From: Klebsiella phage NU-KP11
Direction: 5' to 3' (one strand)
DNA: 64,000 nt
Sequence record: OR644643.1
Part shown: positions 17,202 to 25,944 of the stretch, one piece after another
How positions within the stretch are numbered: position 1 is the first letter of the stretch
Layout: every line of letters begins with the position of its first letter
Position numbers and translations under genes: made by a program
The notes under the pieces: generated by a model
The model's input: only the letters and a program-made list of their open reading frames with translations
What the model was told of the DNA's origin: nothing
Database searches by the model: none

Positions 17202-18526
17202 GCGAATTAACTTTTGACGATCTGAGCGAAGACCAGAAAAACGCACATGATCGAGTGATTAAAAATATCAGAAACAAAATCCATACTACTATCACAGGTG
17301 GGCCGGGTGTTGGTAAAACTACTCTGGTAAAATTTGTGTTTGAAACATTGAAAAAACTGGGTATTAGTGGGATCTGGCTGACAGCGCCGACACACCAGGC
17401 TAAAAACGTTCTCTCTGAGGCGGTGGGTATGGATGCAACGACCATTCACTCAGCACTGAAAATCAGCCCCGTGACCAACGAAGAGTTACGAGTATTTGAA
17501 CAGCAAAAAGGCAAAAAGGCCGCTGATCTGTCTGAATGTCGTGTGTTTGTGGTTGAAGAAGTATCGATGGTTGACAAAGAACTATTCCGTATCATCAAGC
17601 GTACTATTCCTAGTTGTGCGGTGATCCTGGGATTGGGTGATAAGGATCAGATCCGTCCGGTTAATACCGAAGGGATCACCGAGCTTTCACCGTTCTTTGA
17701 TGAGGAAATTTTTGATGTCATTCGCATGGATAAGATTATGCGTCAGGCAGAAGGAAACCCAATCATCCAGGTATCACGCGCTATACGCGACGGTAAGCCG
17801 TTAATGCCCCTCATGAATGGTGAACTAGGGGTAATGAAGCACGAAAACGCTGGTGACTTCCTGAGACGTTATTTTAGCCGTGTTAAGACTCCGGATGACC
17901 TGAACAATAACCGTATGTTTGCTTACACTAACGCAAACGTAGACAAGTTAAACGCAGTGATCCGCAAACACTTGTACAAAACTGATCAGCCGTTCATTGT
18001 TGGTGAAGTGGTTGTGATGCAAGAACCGTTAGTGACAGAAGGCCGTGTGAATGGGGTTTCGTTTGTTGAAGTTATCTATAACAACAACGAGCAAATTAAA
18101 ATTCTTGAAATCATCCCGCGTTCTGATACTATCAAAGCTGACCGATGCGATCCGGTGCAAATCGATTATTTCTTGATGAAAACAGAATCGATGTTCGAGG
18201 ATACGAAAGCGGATATTCAGGTTATCGCGGATCCGGTTATGCAGGAACGTTTAGGCGATTATTTGAACTACGTCGCGTTTCAGTATAAGAAGATGAAACA
18301 GGAAACCGGATACAAAGCCCCCTGGTATTCGTTCTGGCAAATCAAAAACAAGTTCCAGACGGTTAAGGCGCTTCCGGTTTGTACGTATCACAAAGGTCAG
18401 GGAAGCACGTATGATCATTCATACATGTATACGCGCGATGCATACGCATACGCCGATTATGAATTGTGTAAGCAGTTGCTTTATGTAGGAACTACCCGCG
18501 CACGATTCACTGTTGATTATGTCTAA
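17198..18526 (+). CDS. dda: Dda DNA helicase (SF1)
   Basis: 442 aa. TFDDLSEDQKNA, GGPGVGKTTL, APTHQAKNVL, CRVFVVEEVSM, VGEVVVMQEP and LLYVGTTRARFTVDYV match T4 Dda. Confidence 0.95.
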   Translation: MSELTFDDLSEDQKNAHDRVIKNIRNKIHTTITGGPGVGKTTLVKFVFETLKKLGISGIWLTAPTHQAKNVLSEAVGMDATTIHSALKISPVTNEELRVFEQQKGKKAADLSECRVFVVEEVSMVDKELFRIIKRTIPSCAVILGLGDKDQIRPVNTEGITELSPFFDEEIFDVIRMDKIMRQAEGNPIIQVSRAIRDGKPLMPLMNGELGVMKHENAGDFLRRYFSRVKTPDDLNNNRMFAYTNANVDKLNAVIRKHLYKTDQPFIVGEVVVMQEPLVTEGRVNGVSFVEVIYNNNEQIKILEIIPRSDTIKADRCDPVQIDYFLMKTESMFEDTKADIQVIADPVMQERLGDYLNYVAFQYKKMKQETGYKAPWYSFWQIKNKFQTVKALPVCTYHKGQGSTYDHSYMYTRDAYAYADYELCKQLLYVGTTRARFTVDYV

Positions 18527-18542
18527 GGGCTTCGGCCCTTTG
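18526..18542 (+). terminator. terminator after dda
   Basis: aagggcttcggcccttt. Confidence 0.6.
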
Positions 18543-18550
18543 AGGTTCTT

Positions 18551-18859
18551 ATGAAAATTATTGTTAAAGTCAAAGATGTAGAAAAGATTTTGCGAGAAGT
18601 TGACCGTATTGGTAGAGAGGGGCTTGATTATCTCGAAGGGTTCAATTCTATCGATATCAATTTGTTGTTTGCAAAATTGCGCTGCGTTGTCAACGCAAAC
18701 AAAGAAGTTGGGTTATACTGTCCTAACGGGCCGACCTATACGTGGGGAAACATTTCACAAGATATCGAATTCACTTTTGAAGAGTATGCAGTTATCATTG
18801 ATACTTTGAAAATGGGTCGTAACATTCGTGAAAACAAAAACATGCTTGAGGGGTTTTAA
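18551..18859 (+). CDS. hypothetical protein (102 aa)
   Basis: ORF after the dda terminator hairpin. Confidence 0.5.
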   Translation: MKIIVKVKDVEKILREVDRIGREGLDYLEGFNSIDINLLFAKLRCVVNANKEVGLYCPNGPTYTWGNISQDIEFTFEEYAVIIDTLKMGRNIRENKNMLEGF

Positions 18860-19144
18860 ATGAATATTCACCTTCCGCGCCTTTATGCTGAATTGGTTGC
18901 CGATCTGATTTTGAAAAGTGATCGTTCTACAATGGAAGATTACCACGATTGGGAACATCTGGACAATTTTGCAGAGGCTGTAGAAAACATGATCCGACTG
19001 GAAAAATCGATTGCTCGTTGTGGGCTTCGTCAGTTCGGTATGATGGCGGTAACTCCAGGCATGATCGAATCCGTTGATGTTGCTCCGGAAGTCGCGCTAT
19101 CATTGGCCTATTTCATGGAATCGTATAAGCGGGGTCGCGAATGA
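18860..19144 (+). CDS. hypothetical protein (94 aa)
   Basis: ORF abutting the upstream stop. Confidence 0.5.
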   Translation: MNIHLPRLYAELVADLILKSDRSTMEDYHDWEHLDNFAEAVENMIRLEKSIARCGLRQFGMMAVTPGMIESVDVAPEVALSLAYFMESYKRGRE

Positions 19145-19812
19145 GTCATTTACCCGTAGATTTTGTATTTGATTATGAAAGTATTGGCCCGTTTCCAAAA
19201 GGAAAACTAGCTGAACTTAGCTATGTTCCGTTTGTTGATGATCCTTATGATCCGCCTACCTTTCAGGAACTGATTGCTAAAGGAAGAAAGTACAAATTTG
19301 ACATCCGGAAACAACCAGAACGCATCAAAGATGAAAAAACGATCGAATGGTGGAAACAGCAATCTAAAGAAGCACAAAGGGTTTTGTTCCCTTCCGATAT
19401 TGACATGGATTTGTACGAAGGTCATCGACAATTCTTTGCTGATTTAGCGGCTGACGGTGTGAGTCGTTGGCAGTCATACGATTATACGCGCGGCCCTGAA
19501 TTCGATCGTTCTATGCTAACCGATGTTGTACGAACTATGACAGGGAAACTTGACACGTTTGAAGATATGCCGACAGTGTTCTGGAATAGTCGTGATGTGC
19601 GTACAGCTATTGAAAACCGTTTACTGACTCGCGGAGTGACCACGTGTCCACTGCGTAAAGGCATGTTAGATGGATTCATTCAGCATGATTCGATTCATGA
19701 TTGCGCTAAAGATGCATTGATGCTAATCTATGCTAAACGTTATGCTCTGGGGCTGGAAGAACCTCCATCCTTAGAAGAGACAGACGAAAACAGCATAGGA
19801 AAGAAACGATGA
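19141..19812 (+). CDS. dexA: DexA-like 3'-5' exonuclease (DEDDh)
   Basis: 223 aa. EWWKQQSKEAQ and C-terminal HDSIHDCAKDALML resemble T4 exonuclease A. In T4, dexA lies near dda. Confidence 0.55.
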   Translation: MSHLPVDFVFDYESIGPFPKGKLAELSYVPFVDDPYDPPTFQELIAKGRKYKFDIRKQPERIKDEKTIEWWKQQSKEAQRVLFPSDIDMDLYEGHRQFFADLAADGVSRWQSYDYTRGPEFDRSMLTDVVRTMTGKLDTFEDMPTVFWNSRDVRTAIENRLLTRGVTTCPLRKGMLDGFIQHDSIHDCAKDALMLIYAKRYALGLEEPPSLEETDENSIGKKR

Positions 19813-20090
19813 TCACATTAACTATTATGGATCGCCATTACTACGGGAACACGATTAACGAAGCGAAAGCAAAAGCCTTTGATGATATCATTAACCAGGA
19901 TCTGGTTAAAATTGAATCTGATCGCTATGTCGTGCAACCAGGTGATAGCCTATATTCTATAGCAAAGAAACTGTATGGTGTTGGTGAACTTTGGCCTGAT
20001 ATCGCCAAAATCAACCGTGATTCTATTCCGGATGCACGTCTGATCCATCCTGGTATAGTTCTTCGATTGCCAAAACTGGTAAAAATTTAA
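19809..20090 (+). CDS. LysM-domain protein (93 aa)
   Basis: VVQPGDSLYSIAKKLYGVGELWPDIAKINRDSIPDARLIHPGIVLRLP has LysM-domain spacing. Confidence 0.65.
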   Translation: MITLTIMDRHYYGNTINEAKAKAFDDIINQDLVKIESDRYVVQPGDSLYSIAKKLYGVGELWPDIAKINRDSIPDARLIHPGIVLRLPKLVKI

Positions 20091-20093
20091 AAC

Positions 20094-20130
20094 AAAGCCC
20101 TTGACTTCGGTTGAGGGCTTTTGTTATATT
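20094..20130 (+). promoter_or_regulatory. fused terminator hairpin / early promoter module
   Basis: aaagcccttgacttcggttgagggcttttgttatatt. The -35 TTGACT is in the stem, then an 18-nt spacer and TGtTATATT. Confidence 0.65.
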
Positions 20131-20153
20131 GGGTTCTCAGAAAGGAGATTGAT

Positions 20154-20303
20154 ATGAATTTTACTAAATTTGAAATCCGGCTGTTGATTACGCTGGCTAT
20201 TTGCGGAGCGGTATCATTGATTAGTTTGTTAACGTATATCGCTGTAAGAACAACGATATGGCTTCATGACTGGTTTACTGTACTTGACACAATTAAGGGG
20301 TGA
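20154..20303 (+). CDS. small membrane protein (49 aa)
   Basis: RBS aaaggagatt before the ATG at 20154. Single TM segment LLITLAICGAVSLISLLTYIAV. Confidence 0.5.
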   Translation: MNFTKFEIRLLITLAICGAVSLISLLTYIAVRTTIWLHDWFTVLDTIKG

Positions 20304-20306
20304 TTT

Positions 20307-20531
20307 ATGCGTATAGCGATTATTGGGGCGGCTTTGGGTGTAATCGGTGACCGTTTAGTAAACTGCATGATCGAAGAGTTAAAGTCACCACCCTATCCAT
20401 TTTCTATAGAATGGAACAACCAATTTCCTAATTTGGTTGGGGAAGAACCCACGATCCATAAAGTCAAACCATACCGAAATCCGGTTGTGCCTAAATCATT
20501 GCACCGTCAATCAGTAAACAGGGGTAAATGA
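20307..20531 (+). CDS. hypothetical protein (74 aa), N-terminal hydrophobic
   Basis: ORF with an RBS aattaaggggtgattt. Confidence 0.5.
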   Translation: MRIAIIGAALGVIGDRLVNCMIEELKSPPYPFSIEWNNQFPNLVGEEPTIHKVKPYRNPVVPKSLHRQSVNRGK

Positions 20532-20830
20532 TGTCAGAATTCGCGTTAGCTATCCTTGTCGTGATTGCTGTAATGGGTTCGATCCTGTTTTGTCGCATGT
20601 ATCAGTTAGATGATACACAGGAATGGTTGGACATTAACGAAAAACAGTTCCGTAAGCACTTTGCAGGTGAATTTGTTTTTGTGAAATTTCGTAGTGACTA
20701 CAAGGTCGAGTTTGAGTTTTACGGAAAAGGGAACAACTACCACATAATCACTTCTGTTATTGATGCAAAGAAAATCTTTGATAAGACACAGGGCGGCGGG
20801 ATCCGTAAATTGCTCAAAGAAATAAAATAG
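20528..20830 (+). CDS. membrane-anchored protein (100 aa)
   Basis: N-terminal TM segment FALAILVVIAVMGSILF. ATGA overlap. Confidence 0.5.
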   Translation: MMSEFALAILVVIAVMGSILFCRMYQLDDTQEWLDINEKQFRKHFAGEFVFVKFRSDYKVEFEFYGKGNNYHIITSVIDAKKIFDKTQGGGIRKLLKEIK

Positions 20831-20844
20831 CACTTTTTGTTAAA

Positions 20845-20880
20845 GAAGCCTCTTGCATCGCGGGAGGCTTTTTGGTATCT
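20845..20880 (+). promoter_or_regulatory. fused terminator hairpin / early promoter module
   Basis: aagcctcttgcatcgcgggaggctttttggtatctt with -35 TTGCAT. Confidence 0.55.
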
Positions 20881-20918
20881 TGTATTCATCGAAACGAAAC
20901 AGAGAAAGGAATACGAAA

Positions 20919-21182
20919 ATGGTTAAAGTAAAATATGCAGCACACGTTAAAGCAGGTGAGATTGTTGGTTTAACTTTCGGTGCTGAAATTGGTTCTCAGT
21001 GGGCGCTGGTTGAAAAGGTAGAAGACCTGGGCGATAAAGTAGCAATCACTGTGAAAATGCAAAAACGTTTTACTAACCGTCCTGTAATCACTAAGAAAGT
21101 GAAGAAGGAAAAACGTGTTAATACTCAGACTTTCGAAGAATTCATGAACTGGTGCAAAATGTATAAACTGGATACCTACTAA
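20919..21182 (+). CDS. hypothetical early protein (87 aa)
   Basis: Own promoter module (20852-20880), conserved leader CATCGAAACGAAAC and an RBS agaaagga. The track ORF start at 20853 lies inside the promoter. Confidence 0.6.
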   Translation: MVKVKYAAHVKAGEIVGLTFGAEIGSQWALVEKVEDLGDKVAITVKMQKRFTNRPVITKKVKKEKRVNTQTFEEFMNWCKMYKLDTY

Positions 21183-21255
21183 TAGCACTTTTTGTTAAAA
21201 TATTCTGGGGTAGCTTTGGTATAGTTACCCCATCGAAACAAGGGAGGAAATTATT

Positions 21256-21480
21256 ATGATGGTTAACGGTTCTCTTTATCAACAAGCAGTTGCACAGTGG
21301 AAACAGAAAGTTCAGGATGCAGAACGCGGGATCGCTTATTGTGATGAAGCGTTGGCAAGTAATCTTGAAAACTGGGAACGCAAAGAGTATGAGAAAGTTA
21401 AGCAACGCCATTTGAACGAACTCCCTGCATTAAAAGAACACTTAAAATATTTGATGGATAACGAAAAAATCCTTGCATAG
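21256..21480 (+). CDS. hypothetical early protein (74 aa)
   Basis: Own promoter TGgTATAGT, leader CATCGAAACAAG and an RBS gggagga. Confidence 0.6.
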   Translation: MMVNGSLYQQAVAQWKQKVQDAERGIAYCDEALASNLENWERKEYEKVKQRHLNELPALKEHLKYLMDNEKILA

Positions 21481-21539
21481 AATAACCATCTTTGATATAG
21501 TACTTACATCGAAACGAAACACACTTTAGGAGATATACC

Positions 21540-21869
21540 ATGAACACTTTCGAAATCCTCGCAGAAAAAGCAGCCCCTTTCATGGAAGCAATGTACAAAG
21601 CGCGTAACGCTCGTTTCCAAGATTCTCCTTTCGAAACTGTTTTCGTTCTGGAGAAAGGCCGCAAATATCATCGTGTTGTTCAGGATACTCGCAACAAAGA
21701 AACAGGCGAAATGTTCAATCAGCGTTCTGTTGCCGCCTTCATCGATAATGATGGTAATATCCTGAAACCTGCAAGCTGGAAAGCACCAGCAAAAGGAATT
21801 CGTGGCAATATCTTCAATGACGCAGACCGTGCGATTGACCAAAGCGGTTATGTGGTTTATCTTCGTTAA
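21540..21869 (+). CDS. hypothetical early protein (109 aa)
   Basis: Own promoter TGaTATAGT, leader CATCGAAACGAAAC and an RBS taggaga. Followed by a terminator hairpin. Confidence 0.6.
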   Translation: MNTFEILAEKAAPFMEAMYKARNARFQDSPFETVFVLEKGRKYHRVVQDTRNKETGEMFNQRSVAAFIDNDGNILKPASWKAPAKGIRGNIFNDADRAIDQSGYVVYLR

Positions 21870-21871
21870 CA

Positions 21872-21892
21872 AAAGGGCTTCGGCCCTTTTTC
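21872..21892 (+). terminator. rho-independent terminator
   Basis: aaagggcttcggcccttttt. Confidence 0.7.
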
Positions 21893-21908
21893 TTAAAAGG
21901 AATATAGC

Positions 21909-22505
21909 ATGAGTAACAAAAACGAAGACGCTAAAATCTGGAAAGCTGTAGGGGTTATGGCTGTAATCGCTGTTGTGGGTTACTATGCGTATAATTCCTG
22001 GCAAGAAACGATTGATGCGCAAGTACAGGAACAACAAAAAGCCGACGCAATCGAACAGCATAACCAGCTTATGCAATTGCGCTCGCTGGGATATACCACA
22101 AAGGAAGATTTTAAAAATTCCTTTGGTGACTATACCGGATCCCTTTATACCGCGTGGGGAATGGCTGACGGCGATTACATGTACATCGAAACAGACCGTT
22201 ATAATGTCCCACAAAGTGTATGTTTCTATAGTACGCCGAGAGACAACGGCAAAATCACGTCATATGCACCAGAATTCAAAACGATTTCTGTTGATATGAA
22301 GATTGACGGGGGAGAAACCCTATCATTTGCCGCTAAAGGAAACAACGGATCCGAGCGGTTGTGTCTTCTTTCTCCTACTCGTTTCTTACGCAACATTCAA
22401 GATGCGAGTAATTTAAAAATTGCTTTACCATACATCAACCATTATGATATTGTTGATGAAGTAAAAGAATGGAACGTATCGCAAATAGGGGTGAAATTCA
22501 AATGA
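21909..22505 (+). CDS. membrane-anchored protein (198 aa; N-terminal signal-anchor, extracytoplasmic domain)
   Basis: IWKAVGVMAVIAVVGYYAY TM segment near the N-terminus. RBS aaaaggaatat. Confidence 0.55.
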   Translation: MSNKNEDAKIWKAVGVMAVIAVVGYYAYNSWQETIDAQVQEQQKADAIEQHNQLMQLRSLGYTTKEDFKNSFGDYTGSLYTAWGMADGDYMYIETDRYNVPQSVCFYSTPRDNGKITSYAPEFKTISVDMKIDGGETLSFAAKGNNGSERLCLLSPTRFLRNIQDASNLKIALPYINHYDIVDEVKEWNVSQIGVKFK

Positions 22506-22780
22506 GAAAAGCACGTAAAACTAATGCAGTGTTGATGATCAACGGTGAAGTAGGAAAACCTTGCACCAATTCTAAATTCATGCACATTGCAGGGCTTCCT
22601 GGCATGACGCTTAAAACGTCGTATGATACCCATTACAACGAAGAAACTACTTCGGTATACATGGGAGAAGATCTAATGGCCGAACGCATCATGCAATGCA
22701 TTCACTTCCCTGGTGAACGTCCTTCAATTGATTGTTATATTTTTGGCTACCATAAAGGTATTGTAAATGAATCTGTATAA
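22502..22780 (+). CDS. hypothetical protein (92 aa)
   Basis: ATGA overlap with the upstream stop. The track ORF begins 33 nt earlier, inside the previous gene. Confidence 0.5.
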   Translation: MRKARKTNAVLMINGEVGKPCTNSKFMHIAGLPGMTLKTSYDTHYNEETTSVYMGEDLMAERIMQCIHFPGERPSIDCYIFGYHKGIVNESV

Positions 22781-23351
22781 AGAAAATGATCTCTATGTTC
22801 CTGCATTTGGCCTACTCACGTATCACAGTATGTTGGCTGGATACGGGAAAGAGTTCGATTTTGTAGCAAGCGTTAAACGACATTTGGAACGCAGCGGCGG
22901 GTTGTCTATTCCGCGCCAAATCCATTATGTTTGTAAAGAAGGGGTGTTTTTGAATGGTGTTCCTCATGTGATCCCTTTCAACGTGTTTGAAAACTATTTT
23001 ACAAAATACGTTGTTCGCCAAACGGAGACGACATCCGAGAATACTGCAACGCGAGAAGAAACGGCGATCGTACTTGATAAGTTTTTCGAAATCGCTCATA
23101 AAGTGAAGAAACGCACGAAGAGTGATGTGGTTCATCACCTATCAGCGGAAGTTGGCGAGATCAGCGAATGCCTCATTCAGCCTCAACGCGGCGGTAATAT
23201 CGTTGAAGAAAGTGTTGATGCGATTGTGTGCGCACTTGATGTGATTTACCTGGAACTGGGTACTACTCACGGACGGTACGAAATTGCAAAAATTATCAAC
23301 GAAATGCTTGCAGAAAAATTAGATAAGTGGTATCGTACTTGTAAACCTTGA
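22767..23351 (+). CDS. MazG-like nucleotide pyrophosphohydrolase-domain protein (putative)
   Basis: The C-terminal half REETAIVLDKFFEIAHKV...LSAEVGEISE...EESVDAIVCALDV has the E-x2-E...E-x2-D pattern of the MazG/HisE fold. Confidence 0.4.
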   Translation: MNLYKENDLYVPAFGLLTYHSMLAGYGKEFDFVASVKRHLERSGGLSIPRQIHYVCKEGVFLNGVPHVIPFNVFENYFTKYVVRQTETTSENTATREETAIVLDKFFEIAHKVKKRTKSDVVHHLSAEVGEISECLIQPQRGGNIVEESVDAIVCALDVIYLELGTTHGRYEIAKIINEMLAEKLDKWYRTCKP

Positions 23352-23373
23352 GTTTACTTGTGAGGATTATATC

Positions 23374-23814
23374 ATGTTCGTATATCGTGTGGAATTTTCT
23401 TGTTCTTTCTGGAATGATTGTACAGAAAAATGGCAAACAAAAAGCGGCCCATATGTCAATCGTTATTTGTCAATGGATACTGCTGAATGGTTGGATCAAT
23501 TCTGTATGAATCCTGATATCTATATTGATATGGATGATAACCGACATCCAGCGCCGGATGACGATAATCGATTGATGCGCAACCTTGAAAAAGATAACAT
23601 AGACTTTCAAGCGGCTGGGTTATACTTTGGTTTTCAGTCAATACAGCGCCTTTCTCGTTGGTTCAATGCATATGAACGCGAGTACATGCACAATGTTGGT
23701 TTCGTCTGCATGGTATACGAAGTTGAAAAGTTGTATCCGGGCGCACGTCAATGTGTTTTTGACATAGACAAAGCCCGTTTAGTTAAGATGTTAAGTTTAA
23801 AAGAGATTTATTAA
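23374..23814 (+). CDS. hypothetical protein (146 aa)
   Basis: ORF with an RBS gtgaggattatatc. Confidence 0.5.
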   Translation: MFVYRVEFSCSFWNDCTEKWQTKSGPYVNRYLSMDTAEWLDQFCMNPDIYIDMDDNRHPAPDDDNRLMRNLEKDNIDFQAAGLYFGFQSIQRLSRWFNAYEREYMHNVGFVCMVYEVEKLYPGARQCVFDIDKARLVKMLSLKEIY

Positions 23815-23978
23815 TGCCTACCTATACCTATAAATGCACCAAGTGTAATAAAGAATTTCCAAAAATGGCAAGCATTGCTACCCGTGATGCACCGAAAGAT
23901 TGTGATTGCGGAGGCGAAGCAAAACGAACGGTTGATAAACCTCAAATGGTTCGTGATGGTTTCCCTTATAACAAGTAA
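23814..23978 (+). CDS. FmdB-like zinc-ribbon protein (54 aa); not in the supplied ORF track
   Basis: MPTYTYKCTKCNKEFP...DCDCGG gives CxxC...CxC. TAATG start overlap, and the stop is followed directly by the terminator hairpin at 23978-23995. Confidence 0.55.
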   Translation: MPTYTYKCTKCNKEFPKMASIATRDAPKDCDCGGEAKRTVDKPQMVRDGFPYNK

Positions 23979-24001
23979 ACCCCGAAAGGGGTTTTCTTTT
24001 T
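23978..24001 (+). terminator. rho-independent terminator before topoisomerase operon
   Basis: aaccccgaaaggggttttctttttc. Confidence 0.7.
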
Positions 24002-24045
24002 CATAGAACCCTATATAATGTCAGTGATTAAACAAAGAGGTGAAT

Positions 24046-25944
24046 ATGAGTTTAGATTTTCTTCTGGCAGATGATGAACCAGAACAGAAACCACAACCAG
24101 CCAAAAAAGGCGCAAAGGTTGACGAATCATTTTGTATGAGCGATCGCGATCATATTCGGTTGCGTCCAAATATGTACGTCGGATCGGTTAACAAAGAAGC
24201 GCATGAACGTTTCATAATGGGCCAATATCGCAAGGTTGAGTACGTGGAAGGGTTGGTTAAAATCATCAACGAAATCCTTGATAACTCGATTGATGAAGCG
24301 ATCCGAACTGAATTCAAACATGCTAATAAGATTGATGTAACCATTGATCATAATCTGGTTAAAATCTCTGATAACGGGCGCGGTATTCCCCAGGATGATG
24401 TAAAAACCCCAGATGGGAAAATAGTTCCTAAACCAGTTGCGGCATGGACTATGGCAAAATCGGGTTCTAACTTCGATGATAAAAACCGCGTAACGATGGG
24501 TATGAATGGTGTTGGTTCTTTCCTGACAAACTGTTATAGCTCGATTTTTATTGGCGAGACTGCAAACGGGAAACGCAAAGTAACCATTAACTGTACGGAC
24601 GGCGCACAGAACATCGATTACCGAACCAGCCCCAGTAAAGAACAAGGTACTACTGTTAAGTTTACTCCAGACTTCTCTATGTTTGGTGTAACTGGTATCG
24701 ATGAAGAAACCAAAGAAGTGATTAAGGATCGCTTAATGGCCCTTGCCGTTGCTTTCCCGTCTGTGAAATTCACATATAACGGCGAAACGCTCTCTAATCG
24801 CTTCCCGCTGTACGCTTCCATGTATGGGGATAAAACCATTGTCCAGACAAATAATCGCCTCAGCTTCATTCTGGCGAGCACTGAGGACGGGTTTAAACAG
24901 AAATCCTTTGTTAACGGTCTGGATACGAAAAACGGCGGTGTTCATGTTGAGTGTATGATTGATGGTATCTATTCTGAACTTGAACCGATGATCAAGAAAA
25001 AGCATAGTATCGAGATCCCGAAAGCACGTGTAAAAGAATGCTTAACTCTTGTGGTATTCCTGCATAACTTTAATGCACCTGCATTCGATAGCCAAACAAA
25101 AGAGCGATTAGCAAATACAGCAGGTGAGTTTAACAATCATGCGAATTTGAACTACAAAAAGATCGCAAAAATGATTATGGATACCCCAGAAATCATTACT
25201 CCGATCATTGAATCCGCATTGATTCGTAAACAAGCAGCAGAAGCCGCCGCGATCACCAAAGCGAAAAAGAAAGCAAAAAAGGCAAAAATTGCTAAACACG
25301 TTCCGGCTTCCGGTATTGATACCCCTGGGGTAGAAACAACATTGTTTCTGACAGAAGGCGATTCCGCTGTTGGTCAGTTCATCGAATGCCGTAATGAAGA
25401 AACACAAGGCGCTTTCCCGCTACGTGGTAAGCCTCTGAATACATGGGGTATGAGTTTTACAGACATTATCAAAAACAAAGAACTGTTTGAGCTAATGGCT
25501 ATCCTCAATATTCATCCTGGTGATACTTCCGGAATGACTTATGATAATATCGGCATCATGGTCGATGCTGACGTTGACGGCGGCGACATTTTAACTCTGT
25601 TGCTTGCATTCTTTAGCCGTTGGCCTTCTTTGTTCACTGAGAAACGGATCCGATATATTCGAACCCCGATCGTTATCGCTAAAGTTGGGCGCGAGGAAAA
25701 ATGGTTCTATTCTCTTGATGAGTTTGCGCCGTTCCGCGATAAAGCAAAAGATGTACGATATATCAAGGGGCTGGGTTCTTTACGCAAAGAAGATTACGAC
25801 CGTGTTCTGGGTGATCAGTTGAAGTATGATGTCATTGTACTTGACGACGAATACAAAGAAGTGTTAGAACTATGCTTCGGCGACGAATCTGATCCGCGTA
25901 AAGATTGGGTTAATGGAAAACACAAATTTTCTAAGGTTGACTAA
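24046..25944 (+). CDS. 39: DNA topoisomerase II large subunit (fused gp39+gp60 equivalent, GyrB-like ATPase)
   Basis: About 632 aa. GHKL ATPase motifs INEILDNSIDEA and ISDNGRGIP, TOPRIM LFLTEGDSA...IMVDADVDG. RBS aaagaggtgaat precedes the ATG at 24046; the track start 24040 is GTG. Confidence 0.9.
   Translation: MSLDFLLADDEPEQKPQPAKKGAKVDESFCMSDRDHIRLRPNMYVGSVNKEAHERFIMGQYRKVEYVEGLVKIINEILDNSIDEAIRTEFKHANKIDVTIDHNLVKISDNGRGIPQDDVKTPDGKIVPKPVAAWTMAKSGSNFDDKNRVTMGMNGVGSFLTNCYSSIFIGETANGKRKVTINCTDGAQNIDYRTSPSKEQGTTVKFTPDFSMFGVTGIDEETKEVIKDRLMALAVAFPSVKFTYNGETLSNRFPLYASMYGDKTIVQTNNRLSFILASTEDGFKQKSFVNGLDTKNGGVHVECMIDGIYSELEPMIKKKHSIEIPKARVKECLTLVVFLHNFNAPAFDSQTKERLANTAGEFNNHANLNYKKIAKMIMDTPEIITPIIESALIRKQAAEAAAITKAKKKAKKAKIAKHVPASGIDTPGVETTLFLTEGDSAVGQFIECRNEETQGAFPLRGKPLNTWGMSFTDIIKNKELFELMAILNIHPGDTSGMTYDNIGIMVDADVDGGDILTLLLAFFSRWPSLFTEKRIRYIRTPIVIAKVGREEKWFYSLDEFAPFRDKAKDVRYIKGLGSLRKEDYDRVLGDQLKYDVIVLDDEYKEVLELCFGDESDPRKDWVNGKHKFSKVD

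Noticed and set aside
21504-22214. 236-aa minus-strand ORF
   Set aside because: It overlaps three plus-strand genes that have their own promoters, the conserved leader motif and good RBSs, so it is a shadow ORF.
24040-24045. GTG start of the topoisomerase ORF, and GTG 30359 for rIIB, TTG 53665 for endonuclease VII, TTG 51016 for the 80-aa ORF
   Set aside because: Downstream ATGs with better RBS spacing and homologue N-termini are preferred. The GTG start of gene 59 was kept.
24046-25944. Gene 60-type translational bypass (50-nt hop)
   Set aside because: The topoisomerase large-subunit ORF is continuous, with no stop or take-off site.
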